From Candidatus Poribacteria bacterium (GTDB lineage: Bacteria > Poribacteria > WGA-4E > PCPOR2b), in contig OZ242351.1 of NCBI GenBank assembly GCA_965208675.1, positions 4,000,001 through 4,064,000 on the forward strand: a stretch of DNA of 64,000 nt. Direction: 5' to 3'. Shown piece by piece: positions 25,729-35,900 of this stretch (position 1 is its first letter; every line of letters begins with the position of its first letter). Under the pieces are notes generated by a model. That model ran no database searches and was not told the origin of the DNA. It saw only the letters and a list, made by a program, of their open reading frames with translations. A program made the translations under genes and the position numbers.

Positions 25729-27621
25729 TTATGCGATTTTCGCCGTTTGGCTCCGCTGGTATTCCTTTATCCGCACCATCAGGATGGAAATATCCGCCGG
25801 TGAAACACCAGGAATGCGCGACGCCTGCCCGATGGATGCCGGGTGAATCTTAGCAAGTTTTTCTCGTGCTTCGGTTTTTATTCCGTGAACGTTTCCGTAA
25901 TCAATTTCGTCTGGAATCGGAAGATGCTCCAGCTTCTTGAACCGTTCAATCTGAAGCGTTTGACGGCGAATGTAACCATCATATTTTATCTGAATCTCCA
26001 CCTGTTTCTCTACCGCAGGTGGAAGCGGCCGGATCGGGAGCGAAAGTTGTTTTATCCCTTCATAACTCATTTCAGGGCGCTTCAGCAAATTAGCCAGAGA
26101 CGTGGGTTTATCTAACCCATCAATTCCGCACTGTTTCAATTTATCCAACGTCTGAAGGGTTGGGTTGAGAACTGTTTGGTTTATGCGTGCTAACTCCTCT
26201 CGAATGAGTAGTTTTTTTTGTTGGAATCGATTGTACGTGCTGTCATCGACAAGCCCAATTCGATGTCCGATTTCAGTCAGCCGCAAGTCGGCATTATCCT
26301 CACGTAGCGCTAGGCGGTATTCCGCACGGGAGGTGAACATGCGGTACGGTTCACGAATGTCCCTAGTAACGAGGTCATCAATGAGTACACCAATATATGC
26401 TTGAGAGCGATCGAGGACTAACGGTTCTTGGCCACGTACTTTTAAGGCGGCATTGATTCCAGACATCAGCCCCTGTGCAGCGGCCTCTTCGTATCCGGTA
26501 GTGCCATTCAGTTGTCCGGCAAAGAAAAGATTCTCCACACGCTTCGTTTCGAGGTTTGCATATATTTGCGTTGCAGGGGCAAAATCGTATTCCACAGCGT
26601 ATGCAAAACGCAAAATCTCTGTATTTTCCAGTCCTTTGATGCTGTGCACCATCTCAACCTGAACCGCTTCAGGCAAGCTGGCAGAAATTCCGTTCAAGTA
26701 GATTTCATCAGTATTTCTGCCTTCGGGTTCAACAAAAATCTGATGGCGGTCTTTGTCCGAAAAACGCACCACTTTATCTTCGATAGAAGGGCAGTATCGC
26801 GGTCCGATACCGACTATTCGCCCGCTGTACATCGCGGAACTGTTGATGTTGTCCCGAATGATTTGGTGTGTTTTCTCATTCGTATAGGTCAAGTGGCAAG
26901 GCATCTGTGGCTGAGCGATCTTTTCAGTTGAGAACGAAAATGGACGCGGCGGTTCGTCGCCCGGCTGAATCGCCATGACATCGAAATTCACGGTATCTTT
27001 TTTGACGCGGGGAGGCGTTCCAGTTTTTAGACGACTGATTTCAAAACCGAGTTTCAAGAAACTCTCTGATAACTTCTCCGCGGAGGATTCTCCGGCGCGG
27101 CCCGCACTGTAAGTCACTTCTCCGACGTGGACCAATCCCTTGAGAAATGTGCCTGTGGTCAGCACAACTGTTTTACCTAGAAAAGCAGTGTCGGTATGGC
27201 TTAGTATACCGATGCACTTTCCGTTTTCAGTCAACAACTCCTCCACCAATACCGGTTCAATATCGAGACGTACTTGTTTCTCCAACACCCGCCTCATCTC
27301 ATGCTGATAAGCCTCCTTGTCAGCCTGGGCGCGGCTTGAACGGACGGCGGGCCCTTTCTTCGTGTTCAACTGCCGGAATTGAATTCCCGTTTTATCGATA
27401 TTTTTTGCCATCTCGCCGCCAAGCGCATCAATCTCTTTTACCAGATGTCCTTTGGCAAGTCCGCCAATTGCCGGGTTGCAAGACATTTTGGCGATAGTAT
27501 CCAAGTTGATGGTGGCAATCAAAGTCTCGCAGCCCATTCTAGATGCCGCAAGTGCGGCTTCACAGCCGGCATGACCCGCACCGACAACGATTACGTCGTA
27601 TTGTTTAGGATAGACAATCAA
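25729..27621 (-). CDS. mnmG: tRNA uridine 5-carboxymethylaminomethyl modification enzyme
   Basis: GAGHAGCEAA, MSCNPAIGG, GPRYCPSIEDK, GQLNGTTGYEEAA, EPYRMFTSRAEYRL. Confidence 0.98.
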   Translation of the reverse strand: MIVYPKQYDVIVVGAGHAGCEAALAASRMGCETLIATINLDTIAKMSCNPAIGGLAKGHLVKEIDALGGEMAKNIDKTGIQFRQLNTKKGPAVRSSRAQADKEAYQHEMRRVLEKQVRLDIEPVLVEELLTENGKCIGILSHTDTAFLGKTVVLTTGTFLKGLVHVGEVTYSAGRAGESSAEKLSESFLKLGFEISRLKTGTPPRVKKDTVNFDVMAIQPGDEPPRPFSFSTEKIAQPQMPCHLTYTNEKTHQIIRDNINSSAMYSGRIVGIGPRYCPSIEDKVVRFSDKDRHQIFVEPEGRNTDEIYLNGISASLPEAVQVEMVHSIKGLENTEILRFAYAVEYDFAPATQIYANLETKRVENLFFAGQLNGTTGYEEAAAQGLMSGINAALKVRGQEPLVLDRSQAYIGVLIDDLVTRDIREPYRMFTSRAEYRLALREDNADLRLTEIGHRIGLVDDSTYNRFQQKKLLIREELARINQTVLNPTLQTLDKLKQCGIDGLDKPTSLANLLKRPEMSYEGIKQLSLPIRPLPPAVEKQVEIQIKYDGYIRRQTLQIERFKKLEHLPIPDEIDYGNVHGIKTEAREKLAKIHPASIGQASRIPGVSPADISILMVRIKEYQRSQTAKIA

Positions 27622-27715
27622 TTATCTCACACCTCTCCAAGTGTTTCGTAGTATAGCTCCGACGGATTTTGCGCTTGTAATTTGTGCCGAGATATGTTAA
27701 GATAAAAATGCATCC

Positions 27716-27799
27716 GCCGGAGTGGTGAAATCGGTATACGCACTGGACTCAAAATCCAGCGAGCCTCGGCTCATGTCGGTTCGAGTCCGACCTCCGGCA
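27716..27799 (+). tRNA. tRNA-Leu(CAA)
   Basis: Acceptor GCCGGAG/CTCCGGC plus discriminator A, anticodon arm CTGGA-CTCAAAA-TCCAG, long variable arm, T-loop GGTTCGAGTCC. CCA not encoded. Confidence 0.95.
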
Positions 27800-27825
27800 T
27801 CGTTGACAACACGGCTGCAAAATTC

Positions 27826-27858
27826 GCCATATAGCAAATAATGCTATATGGCTTTTTT
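27826..27858 (+). terminator. Intrinsic terminator after tRNA-Leu
   Basis: GCCATATAGCA-AATAA-TGCTATATGGC followed by T6. Confidence 0.85.
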
Positions 27859-27877
27859 GTTGAACCGAATTACATGA

Positions 27878-28429
27878 TTACGTTTTAATGCTTAGTTCCC
27901 GAAGGGCGCCGTCATAACAATCATAGGTGTCATCATCAAACAAAACAAAGCGGACCTCTTCAACACCTTCGTGCTCCTCAACGAATGCCTTTATCGCCTT
28001 GAGTGCGGTAATTGCCGCTCTTTCAATCGGATACCCGAAAGTCCCCGTGCCAATCGAAGGGAAGGCAATCGTCTTGATGTGAAAATTTAAGGCTGAAGTT
28101 AAACTCGCCCGGTAGCAACTTGCCAGCGTTTCAGGTTCACCCGAATTCCCGCCGCGCCACTCGGGTCCAACGGTATGAATGACATACTTCGCCGGCAAAT
28201 TTCCCCCCGTTGTGATGACTGCTTGTCCGGGCGGGCAACCTCCCCGGTAAGCGCGAATATCGTTGCATTCCTCCAAAATCGCCTGTCCGCCCGCGCGTCG
28301 AATTGCGCCATCCAAACCGCCGCCTCCTAACAAGCTAGCGTTGGCGGGGTTGACGATAGCATCAACATCCTGGGTGGTGATATCACCCTGAACCGCTGTA
28401 AGAAGTGTTCGGTTGATTTTCGTTTCCAT
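27878..28429 (-). CDS. Macrodomain O-acetyl-ADP-ribose deacetylase (YmdB-like)
   Basis: GDITTQDVDAIVNPANASLLGGGGLDGAI, VIHTVGP, FPSIGTG. Confidence 0.92.
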   Translation of the reverse strand: METKINRTLLTAVQGDITTQDVDAIVNPANASLLGGGGLDGAIRRAGGQAILEECNDIRAYRGGCPPGQAVITTGGNLPAKYVIHTVGPEWRGGNSGEPETLASCYRASLTSALNFHIKTIAFPSIGTGTFGYPIERAAITALKAIKAFVEEHEGVEEVRFVLFDDDTYDCYDGALRELSIKT

Positions 28430-28510
28430 CGTTCATTCTCTTCCTTTGGGTTAGCATAGGTCTCGGTCTGCGTGTATTGCGTATATTTTGAACCGCTTGT
28501 CATTGCCATG

Positions 28511-29590
28511 TTATATGAACGGTAGCAGCACCACCGTAGCCTTCACGCGGCCGCCCGGGGTTTCGACATCCACGTCACTGCCGGCATCCGTTAAAGCAGT
28601 CCGCACATACCCCATACCGACGGTTTCTCCGAGCGTTGGGGAGGTAACCGCACTCGTTATCCAACCGACCTCCTTTTCACCGTTGAAAATGCGGCTGCCC
28701 TGTGCCGGTGGGGTGTCGTGGTCAATCTTGAATCCTCGCAACAGCCGATTCGGGTGGCCGCGATAGTGCATGCGCGCAACAATCTCCTGACCAATATAGC
28801 ACCCTTTTTCAAAATCGAGAGCATCGTTAAGCTCCGCTTCTAAAGGTATGATTGCATCGGTCAATTCCGATCCGTATCGGGGGATGCCCGCTTCAATTCG
28901 CAGTGAGTTCAGGGCGGTCAGTCCCACCGGGTAAGCGCCAAACTCACGCCCTTTGGTCAGGGCAGCATCCCATAGCCATTCCATGGATGCAGATGCTGCG
29001 TAAAGGTTATACCCTATTTCGCCGGTTTCGTTTTGCCGGATACACACCATCCATCTGTCTTCCACGCGATGAGCGGCGGTATGATGTTCATGAAGTTCAT
29101 CAACATTTAGTCCATAGGCGTTTCGGAGCAAATCCGCCGATTTTGGGCCGTGTATCCCAATCATGCCCGTCCTAGCTGTGACATCCTCTATAACGACATC
29201 GTCCGCGATAAGATACTTGTCTAATTCTTGAGCGAGAATCTGCGTCGTGTCAGCGTTAGTCTCAATGGTGATAGCCTCCTCCACAACATACACGCTCATG
29301 TCCGCTATGAGTTTCCCGCGGTTAGTCAAGATTGTTGCGTAGTTTCCTTCCCCGACATTAAGCCCTTCAACATCATTGGATATAATCCGATGCAAATATT
29401 TCGCGCGATCTGCCCCCGTCAAGCGAATCCTGCCGCGATGCGAGAAATCCATTATGCCAACCCCGGTTCTAACTGCACGGTGCTCTTCCAGCGGATCGGC
29501 GTAATAGTCAACCAATTCCCAGCCTTCATGAATCTCTTTGAACGCCGCCCCGTGAGCGCGATGAGTTTCATACAGAGGCGTTGTTTTCAT
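28511..29590 (-). CDS. GcvT/YgfZ-family folate-binding protein
   Basis: MKTTPLYETH start, DFSHRGRI, LRIEAG, KGCYIGQE (YgfZ signature). Confidence 0.88.
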   Translation of the reverse strand: MKTTPLYETHRAHGAAFKEIHEGWELVDYYADPLEEHRAVRTGVGIMDFSHRGRIRLTGADRAKYLHRIISNDVEGLNVGEGNYATILTNRGKLIADMSVYVVEEAITIETNADTTQILAQELDKYLIADDVVIEDVTARTGMIGIHGPKSADLLRNAYGLNVDELHEHHTAAHRVEDRWMVCIRQNETGEIGYNLYAASASMEWLWDAALTKGREFGAYPVGLTALNSLRIEAGIPRYGSELTDAIIPLEAELNDALDFEKGCYIGQEIVARMHYRGHPNRLLRGFKIDHDTPPAQGSRIFNGEKEVGWITSAVTSPTLGETVGMGYVRTALTDAGSDVDVETPGGRVKATVVLLPFI

Positions 29591-29973
29591 CCCTTGAAGT
29601 TCCCCGCTGTTCAGTCGGTGGTAATTTTCACAAGTGCTTCTTATACTGGTACGAATCCTCATTATAGCGCACCGTGAATTGAAAATCAAGTCGGCGGCAG
29701 AACTTTTCTGTTTTCTCCATCAATCGTAACCATAAATCGCTGGCTCTTTGAATGTAGAAGCGGTCTCCGAATCGCGGCTTCTTCGCTCAACCAATATTCA
29801 AACCGAAATCCACAGATTTCTCTGCCGCAAACTCAGTTTTGAAAACGTGTTTACGTCATAGTAAACCGATTCCGTGCGAGTATCGGAAAAAATGTTGACC
29901 AACGGATAGCAGATATACTACCATTTAACGGGATTTTTGCGGACTAATGGAATTCGTCTAGGCAAGTTTAGAA

Positions 29974-31917
29974 GTGGGGGTAAAACGATTGAAAATTTTT
30001 GTGCCGGGGCGTATTTGTCTATTTGGAGAGCACAGCGATTGGGCAGGCGGTTATCGCCGCACCAATGCCAGTTTGGAAAGAGGTTACACAATAATCACGG
30101 GCACTAGTCAAGGACTGTACGCCGAAGTTAAGCCGCACCCAACCAAGCTGATTCTTTCAACCTCGTTGAGCGATGGAACGAGCGAAGGCCCCTTTGAGTT
30201 GGCTATGGAGCGTGGGGCACTTCGAGAAGAGGCGGAAAAAGGCGGTTTTTTCAGTTATGCTGCCGGCGTCGCTTATCAGGTTCTTACGCACTACCGCGTG
30301 CGAGGCCTCGAAATCAATAACTATCATACAGATCTGCCGGTGAAGAAAGGGCTTTCGTCCAGCGCTGCAGCCTGCGTGCTAGTCGCCCGCGCCTTCAACC
30401 GTATTTATGATTTAAAAATGACGGTTCGCGGCGAAATGGAGTGCGCTTACCTCGGCGAGATTACGACGCCTTCCCGCTGCGGTCGCATGGATCAAGGATG
30501 TGCTTACGGGAATCGCCCAATCATGATGACCTTCGACGGCGATCAGATTGATGTCCAGCCCCTTAGTATTTCGAACGATTTGTTCTTTGTAATCGTAGAC
30601 CTCGGCGCCAGTAAAGACACAAAAGAAATTTTGAACAGACTAAATCACTGTTATCCTTTTGCTGAAGGCGAACTCCAAAAGAATGTCCAGAAATATTTAG
30701 GGCGAATTAACGCCCAAATAACCCGCGAAGCGTCTGATGCCCTGCGTAAAGGCGATGCGCCGCGAATCGGCAGCCTCATGAACAGAGCGCAGGCGGAATT
30801 CGACAAACATCTTCAGCCCGCATGTCCGTCGCAATTAACCGCTCCCGTCCTACACAAAGTGCTGAATTACGAACCCATACAGCCGTATATTTTTGGTGGG
30901 AAAGGCGTAGGCTCGCAAGGTGATGGATCTGCACAGTTTATTGTCAAAGATGAAGCTTGCCAGCGGAAGGTCATGGATATCCTTGAACGCGATTTTCAGA
31001 TGTCATGTTTGAAGTTGACAATTCAGTCGGGGTGGAGGGTAAAAAAGGCAGTCATCCCCGCGGCAGGTTTTGGCACCCGTCTATTCCCCGCCTCAAAAGC
31101 CGTTAAGAAGGAGCTTTTTCCTATCATCGATCGACAGGGGCGAGCCAAGCCCGTGATAATGACAATTATTGAGGAAGCAATCAGCGCCGGAATTGAAGAG
31201 GTCTGCTTGATTGTGCAAGACGGTGACCGCAGGCTGTTCGAAGAGTTCTTCACCGCACCGCCGCGGGTGGAAAACTTCAATAAACTGTCGCGGGCGGATC
31301 AGAAGTATTGCCAGTATCTCCTCGATCTAGGACACCGCATTACACTGGTGACCCAAGATGTTCAGGAAGGGTTTGGGCATGCCGTATTTTGTGCACGGGA
31401 ATGGGTTGGGAATGAACCCTTTCTACTCATGCTGGGGGATCACTTGTACACGTCAGATAGTGAGACCCCGTGCGCGCGGCAACTTTTGGACGTATACGAT
31501 CGCGCAGGGCACAGCGTGGTTGGATTGAAAACTACACCGGCATCAGAAATCCACAAGTTCGGTTGCGTAAATGGAATTTGGCAAGAGCACAGTTCTCTGC
31601 TTTCAGTGACGGCGTTCCACGAAAAGCCTGATATCGATTATGCTCGTGAACATCTGCATGTGGAAGGCCTGGAAGCCAATCAATTTCTAACCCTATTCGG
31701 ACAGTATGTTATCACACCAAATATCTTCCACTATTTGGAAGAACATATCACGCATAACGTACGCGAGCGGGGAGAATTCCAGTTGACGTCATGTCTCGAC
31801 AAGTTGCGCCAAGAGGAGGGATTTTCGGGTTATCTTGTCAAAGGCAAGTGTTTTGACATCGGCGTCCCGGAGGCATACCGAAAATCAATGATCGCCCTGC
31901 AGGCGGCTTATCAATAA
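29974..31917 (+). CDS. Bifunctional GHMP-family sugar kinase / GalU-like nucleotidyltransferase
   Basis: PGRICLFGEHSD and LPVKKGLSSSAA in the kinase part. KAVIPAAGFGTRLFP, QEGFGHAV and GEFQLT in the transferase part. Confidence 0.88.
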   Translation: MGVKRLKIFVPGRICLFGEHSDWAGGYRRTNASLERGYTIITGTSQGLYAEVKPHPTKLILSTSLSDGTSEGPFELAMERGALREEAEKGGFFSYAAGVAYQVLTHYRVRGLEINNYHTDLPVKKGLSSSAAACVLVARAFNRIYDLKMTVRGEMECAYLGEITTPSRCGRMDQGCAYGNRPIMMTFDGDQIDVQPLSISNDLFFVIVDLGASKDTKEILNRLNHCYPFAEGELQKNVQKYLGRINAQITREASDALRKGDAPRIGSLMNRAQAEFDKHLQPACPSQLTAPVLHKVLNYEPIQPYIFGGKGVGSQGDGSAQFIVKDEACQRKVMDILERDFQMSCLKLTIQSGWRVKKAVIPAAGFGTRLFPASKAVKKELFPIIDRQGRAKPVIMTIIEEAISAGIEEVCLIVQDGDRRLFEEFFTAPPRVENFNKLSRADQKYCQYLLDLGHRITLVTQDVQEGFGHAVFCAREWVGNEPFLLMLGDHLYTSDSETPCARQLLDVYDRAGHSVVGLKTTPASEIHKFGCVNGIWQEHSSLLSVTAFHEKPDIDYAREHLHVEGLEANQFLTLFGQYVITPNIFHYLEEHITHNVRERGEFQLTSCLDKLRQEEGFSGYLVKGKCFDIGVPEAYRKSMIALQAAYQ

Positions 31918-32027
31918 CCCTCGTAAGTGGATTGACAACGTTCAACCTCCCCATTCTCACCATATTCTCATCCCAAAGATGAGTGACCTTCTCCCTCCAG
32001 ACTCATTTTTTCCCCAGTGCTCCATAC

Positions 32028-32315
32028 TCAGTATTTCAATGGTTCGTGCTGGCAGGTCCGCGAAGTCATTTGCCTCGGAATAACAAACTGCTCAGTCAAC
32101 CGTCGAAATCGTGACGCGTACATGAGTTGATATAAGCCCATCTGGTCTGGTATAAGTTTCTCGGCTTGAACTCGTGTTTGGTGAATTAGTTCCACGGCTT
32201 CCCACAACGTCAGGTTACCCCATTGCATCTGCTCGCTTGTACAGTCGACGACCGTTTTGAGTCGGGTTAGCAAAGTGTCTTCCGTACAATTGGTGTGCAT
32301 AATACACCGTACCAT
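32028..32315 (-). CDS. Small helical hypothetical protein
   Basis: Co-oriented just downstream of the MBL gene, with a protein-like sequence. Confidence 0.55.
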   Translation of the reverse strand: MVRCIMHTNCTEDTLLTRLKTVVDCTSEQMQWGNLTLWEAVELIHQTRVQAEKLIPDQMGLYQLMYASRFRRLTEQFVIPRQMTSRTCQHEPLKY

Positions 32316-32338
32316 TGAAGGTCACGTGAACCGGTATT

Positions 32339-33049
32339 TCAACTCAAGGTTTCACCGGGTTTGAGTTCAATGATTTCCAAAGCAAGGTCCGCGGTCAGTT
32401 CACGCAGCGCATCCGGTGTTCCGGTTAGCACTGGAAATGTCCCGTAGTGCATGGGAATGATGGCAGGAACATTAAGCAATCTCGCTGCATACGCCGCCTC
32501 CCTGGGTCCCATGGTAAAGTAATCCCCGATCGGAAGGAGAGCGAGATTCGGTTGGTAAATTTCGCTGATGATTCGCATATCACTAAACACGTTTGTGTCC
32601 CCGGCGTGGTAAATCTTATATCCATTTGGAAATTCGACGATATACCCAGCCGGTTCGCCGCCGTACACGATTGATCCGTCGGCTTCCGTAATACCGTTGC
32701 TGTGATTCGCATGAACCATCGTCACGTTTATCCCGTTTACAGTTTGAGTCCCGCCTTTATTCATGGCGCTGATGTTCTCGACGCCTTGCGCTTCAAGCCA
32801 ACTACCGGTTTCGAGAATCGCCACAACTGTGGGCGTATATTCCTTCGCTAACTCGACAGCGTCTGCGAAGTGATCAGCGTGCGCGTGTGTGATGAGCATG
32901 GTGTCAATTTTATCAAATGTTTTGAGGTCGTCCGGGCAAGACGGATTGTTCATCACCCACGAATCAATTAAGGTAGTTTGTCCATCAAATTCAACCTTAA
33001 ACGTCGCATGTCCCAGCCATGTGAGTTGAATGCCGTTATTCAGTGCCAT
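32339..33049 (-). CDS. Metallo-beta-lactamase-fold hydrolase (UPF0173-like)
   Basis: WLGHATF, THAHADH, YHAGDT, IPMHYGTF. Confidence 0.92.
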   Translation of the reverse strand: MALNNGIQLTWLGHATFKVEFDGQTTLIDSWVMNNPSCPDDLKTFDKIDTMLITHAHADHFADAVELAKEYTPTVVAILETGSWLEAQGVENISAMNKGGTQTVNGINVTMVHANHSNGITEADGSIVYGGEPAGYIVEFPNGYKIYHAGDTNVFSDMRIISEIYQPNLALLPIGDYFTMGPREAAYAARLLNVPAIIPMHYGTFPVLTGTPDALRELTADLALEIIELKPGETLS

Positions 33050-33183
33050 ATAGTATCCTCCGTAATGTAAACCATTATGTTAAATTGATGTGCGCTTTGC
33101 AAATAGTTTAAATAGATAATCGCTATCAGTTCGCCGTCCAATTATACATGGGGTGCATGACCCTTTCAACCAGAATTTTGATA

Positions 33184-33212
33184 TTGACGACAGCCGGTGC
33201 AGCCGTTATAAT
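33184..33212 (+). promoter_or_regulatory. Sigma70-type promoter upstream of the FAH hydrolase and hisC
   Basis: TTGACG-17 bp-TATAAT. Confidence 0.65.
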
Positions 33213-33277
33213 CAACCATCGTGAAGTCTTAACCGCCATAAGGTTCTTGAACTAAAACCCAACGAGTAGGAGAGGCA

Positions 33278-34213
33278 ATGAAATTAGTAAGTTTTCAGAG
33301 TTCTGATGGCGCCAAACTGGGTGCAATCATCGACGATCGAATCTTAGATCTTCAGACCACTTACAAAGCTGCCGTCGTAGATCCGGCTCTGCCCAAACTC
33401 CTAAACGGCATGGACGATTTTCTCGAAAGCGGGCAACGTGCATTTGATGCTGCGACTCATTCCATTCGCGTTGCGGAGGCGTCCCCTGAAAAAGCAGTTT
33501 GGGTGAAAGCTCCGGTCTTGCCGCCTGTTCCCAACCCAAACAAGATATTGCTGCTTGCCGGAAACTACGCCGCCCATATCGAAGAAGGCGGCGGTAAAGC
33601 TTTGAGTAAGGTAGAGACCACGCCGCGTGTATTCATGAAACCGCCAAGCACAACTCTGATCGCGTCCGAACAACCCATTGTTATTCCCGCTAACGGTGCT
33701 TTTATCGACTGGGAAGCTGAACTTGGCGTCGTCATCGGAAAACGCGGAAAATTTATCAGTGCCCGCGATGCTCACGACTACGTCGCGGGATATACCATTG
33801 TCAACGATGTCTCAGAGCGTAGGTTAAAAGTCAAGGACTCGCGGGTTCCCCGGGACGGCGATGGATGGTTTGATTGGCTCAATGGAAAATGGTTTGACAC
33901 CTTCGCACCGATTGGCCCCTGCTTGGTAACCAAGGACGACATTCCAAATCCGGATAATTTGCATCTTACATTGCGGCTTAACGGCGAGGTCAAGCAGGAT
34001 GCCAACACCGGGCAGATGATTTTCAACACGGCTGAGTTGGTCGAGTTTATTTCTACGCTGGTCACCCTCGAACCCGGGGATATTATTTCAACTGGTACCC
34101 CGTCCGGCGTTGGACACCCCGATGAAAAACTTGCTGACGGTGATGTTGTTGAAATCGAGATCGAAAAAATCGGCGTTCTGCGAAATCCGGTTGTTCAGAT
34201 GACAAACACGTAA
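33278..34213 (+). CDS. Fumarylacetoacetate hydrolase family protein
   Basis: GNYAAH, DWEAELGVVIG, NDVSER, GKWFDTFAPIGP, TGTPSGVG. Confidence 0.93.
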   Translation: MKLVSFQSSDGAKLGAIIDDRILDLQTTYKAAVVDPALPKLLNGMDDFLESGQRAFDAATHSIRVAEASPEKAVWVKAPVLPPVPNPNKILLLAGNYAAHIEEGGGKALSKVETTPRVFMKPPSTTLIASEQPIVIPANGAFIDWEAELGVVIGKRGKFISARDAHDYVAGYTIVNDVSERRLKVKDSRVPRDGDGWFDWLNGKWFDTFAPIGPCLVTKDDIPNPDNLHLTLRLNGEVKQDANTGQMIFNTAELVEFISTLVTLEPGDIISTGTPSGVGHPDEKLADGDVVEIEIEKIGVLRNPVVQMTNT

Positions 34214-34257
34214 TTTTCTGCATATCGAATAGAGATACATCAATCGCGAGGTGACTC

Positions 34258-35337
34258 ATGAAACCGAAATCGGGAATTGAAACTATCCACCCTTATCAAG
34301 GCGGTAAACCGATTGAAGAGGTCCAACGCGAATTAGGAATCACCGATATTATCAAATTGGCGTCAAATGAAAACCCGCTTGGCCCCTCCCCCTTAGCGAA
34401 AAACGCCATCCAACGGGCGGCCGATCAGGTGCATTTTTATCCTGACGGAGATGCGTATTACCTTAAAACTGAATTAGCAAAACACCTCGGCGTTGCGCCC
34501 GATAATCTAATCATGGGGAACGGTTCAGACGAGGTTCTTCAGATAATCGGGAAAACTTACCTGTCGCCCCATGACGAGGCAATCTATTCTGAAAGCGCGT
34601 TCGTCGTTTACATGCTGGTATCGAAGACCTGTGGCGCTAAATCAATTGTTACACCGATGCGTAGCTACACACATGACCTCGAAGCGATGGCGGACGCAAT
34701 CACCGATCAAACTCGCGTTATCTTCATTGCTAATCCAAACAACCCGACCGGTACAATCGTTACGAGCAATCAGGTGGATCGGTTCATGGCGCGTGTGCCG
34801 GATGATGTGCTCGTTGTCTTTGATGAAGCATACTTTGAGTATATTTATAGGTCCGACTATCCCCACACACTGCCATTGATTCAAGAAGGGCACAATGTCG
34901 TAATCACGCGGACATTTTCTAAGATTTACGGATTAGCCGGTTTGCGAATCGGATACGGCATTGCTAAACCGGAGATTATCCAAATGATGAATCGTGTCCG
35001 TCCACCGTTTAACAGCAACTCAATCGCACAAGAGGCGGCAAGGGCGGCGCTAAGGGATGATGCGCATGTCCGCTTTAGCCGACAGACTAATGCCGCGGGT
35101 AAAGCCTATCTGTACGGCGTATTCAATCGAATCGGAATAGAGTACGTCGAGTCCGACGGGAATTTCATTCTGGTTCACCTCAATGAATCCGGTCAGAACG
35201 TCGCCGACGCGCTAATGCGGAAAGGTGTAATTGTCCGCCCTGTCGCTGAATACGGATTTCCGAATGCGATCCGCGTGACCATCGGCAAGCGTGAGGAGAA
35301 TGAGCGGTTTGCAGATGCTTTGAAAGATGTAATGTAA
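34258..35337 (+). CDS. hisC: Histidinol-phosphate aminotransferase
   Basis: KLASNENPLG, NPNNPTG, DEAYFE, RTFSKIYGLAGLRIGY. Confidence 0.93.
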   Translation: MKPKSGIETIHPYQGGKPIEEVQRELGITDIIKLASNENPLGPSPLAKNAIQRAADQVHFYPDGDAYYLKTELAKHLGVAPDNLIMGNGSDEVLQIIGKTYLSPHDEAIYSESAFVVYMLVSKTCGAKSIVTPMRSYTHDLEAMADAITDQTRVIFIANPNNPTGTIVTSNQVDRFMARVPDDVLVVFDEAYFEYIYRSDYPHTLPLIQEGHNVVITRTFSKIYGLAGLRIGYGIAKPEIIQMMNRVRPPFNSNSIAQEAARAALRDDAHVRFSRQTNAAGKAYLYGVFNRIGIEYVESDGNFILVHLNESGQNVADALMRKGVIVRPVAEYGFPNAIRVTIGKREENERFADALKDVM

Positions 35338-35422
35338 TTCGCAATGCGTTGACCGGCAAAGTCGGTCAGTTGCAAGCGAAGTCCAAAAAGGTAAGCCTAA
35401 GGCGTATGGAGGATTTTTTCCA

Positions 35423-35481
35423 TTGACAACCGCGGCTTAAATGGGGTATCTTTTAGAGCTGTCAAGCCAAATGTCTTGACA
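35423..35481 (+). promoter_or_regulatory. Promoter and inverted-repeat operator upstream of ylxM-ffh
   Basis: TTGACA(35423)-18 bp-TATCTT, then TGTCAAG-N8-CTTGACA at 35460-35481. Confidence 0.6.
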
Positions 35482-35516
35482 CCTGTAAACGAAGTCAGTG
35501 GCTGGGGCCGCCCATT

Positions 35517-35882
35517 TTGCCAATTGAAAAACTGAAGTTTGTCCACTTGTGCGATTTCTATGGAAATCTCCTAACTGAAAAACAGCGGGGATTCCTCAAA
35601 CTGCATTATGAACAGGATTTGTCGTTCGGAGAGATTGCCGCGTGCTTTGATGTCACACGTCAAGCCGTCTGTGATTCAATTAAGTCAGCCGAAACTGCCC
35701 TCGAACGCTATGAGCACGCGCTAGGTCTGCTATCCGATTTTCACCGTCAAAGAGAAGTGTTTACGGATATATTGACGCGTCTTGAGGGTTTAGAATACGG
35801 ACTTGATAATAGAGAAAAGATTTGTACAATTCAATACATTAGAAAATGCGTCTACGCATTGATGGATTCTTCAGAATCCTAG
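35517..35882 (+). CDS. ylxM: YlxM/p13-family HTH protein
   Basis: DFYGNLLTEKQR..L.L.YEQDLSFGEIA...VTRQAV.D.IK signature, directly upstream of ffh. Confidence 0.9.
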   Translation: MPIEKLKFVHLCDFYGNLLTEKQRGFLKLHYEQDLSFGEIAACFDVTRQAVCDSIKSAETALERYEHALGLLSDFHRQREVFTDILTRLEGLEYGLDNREKICTIQYIRKCVYALMDSSES

Positions 35883-35900
35883 AGAACGTAAAGGCTTCGC

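Noticed and set aside
27716-27880. Prophage or island integration at tRNA-Leu
   Set aside because: There is no integrase and no duplicated tRNA 3' end seen in the window. A terminator and ordinary genes follow.
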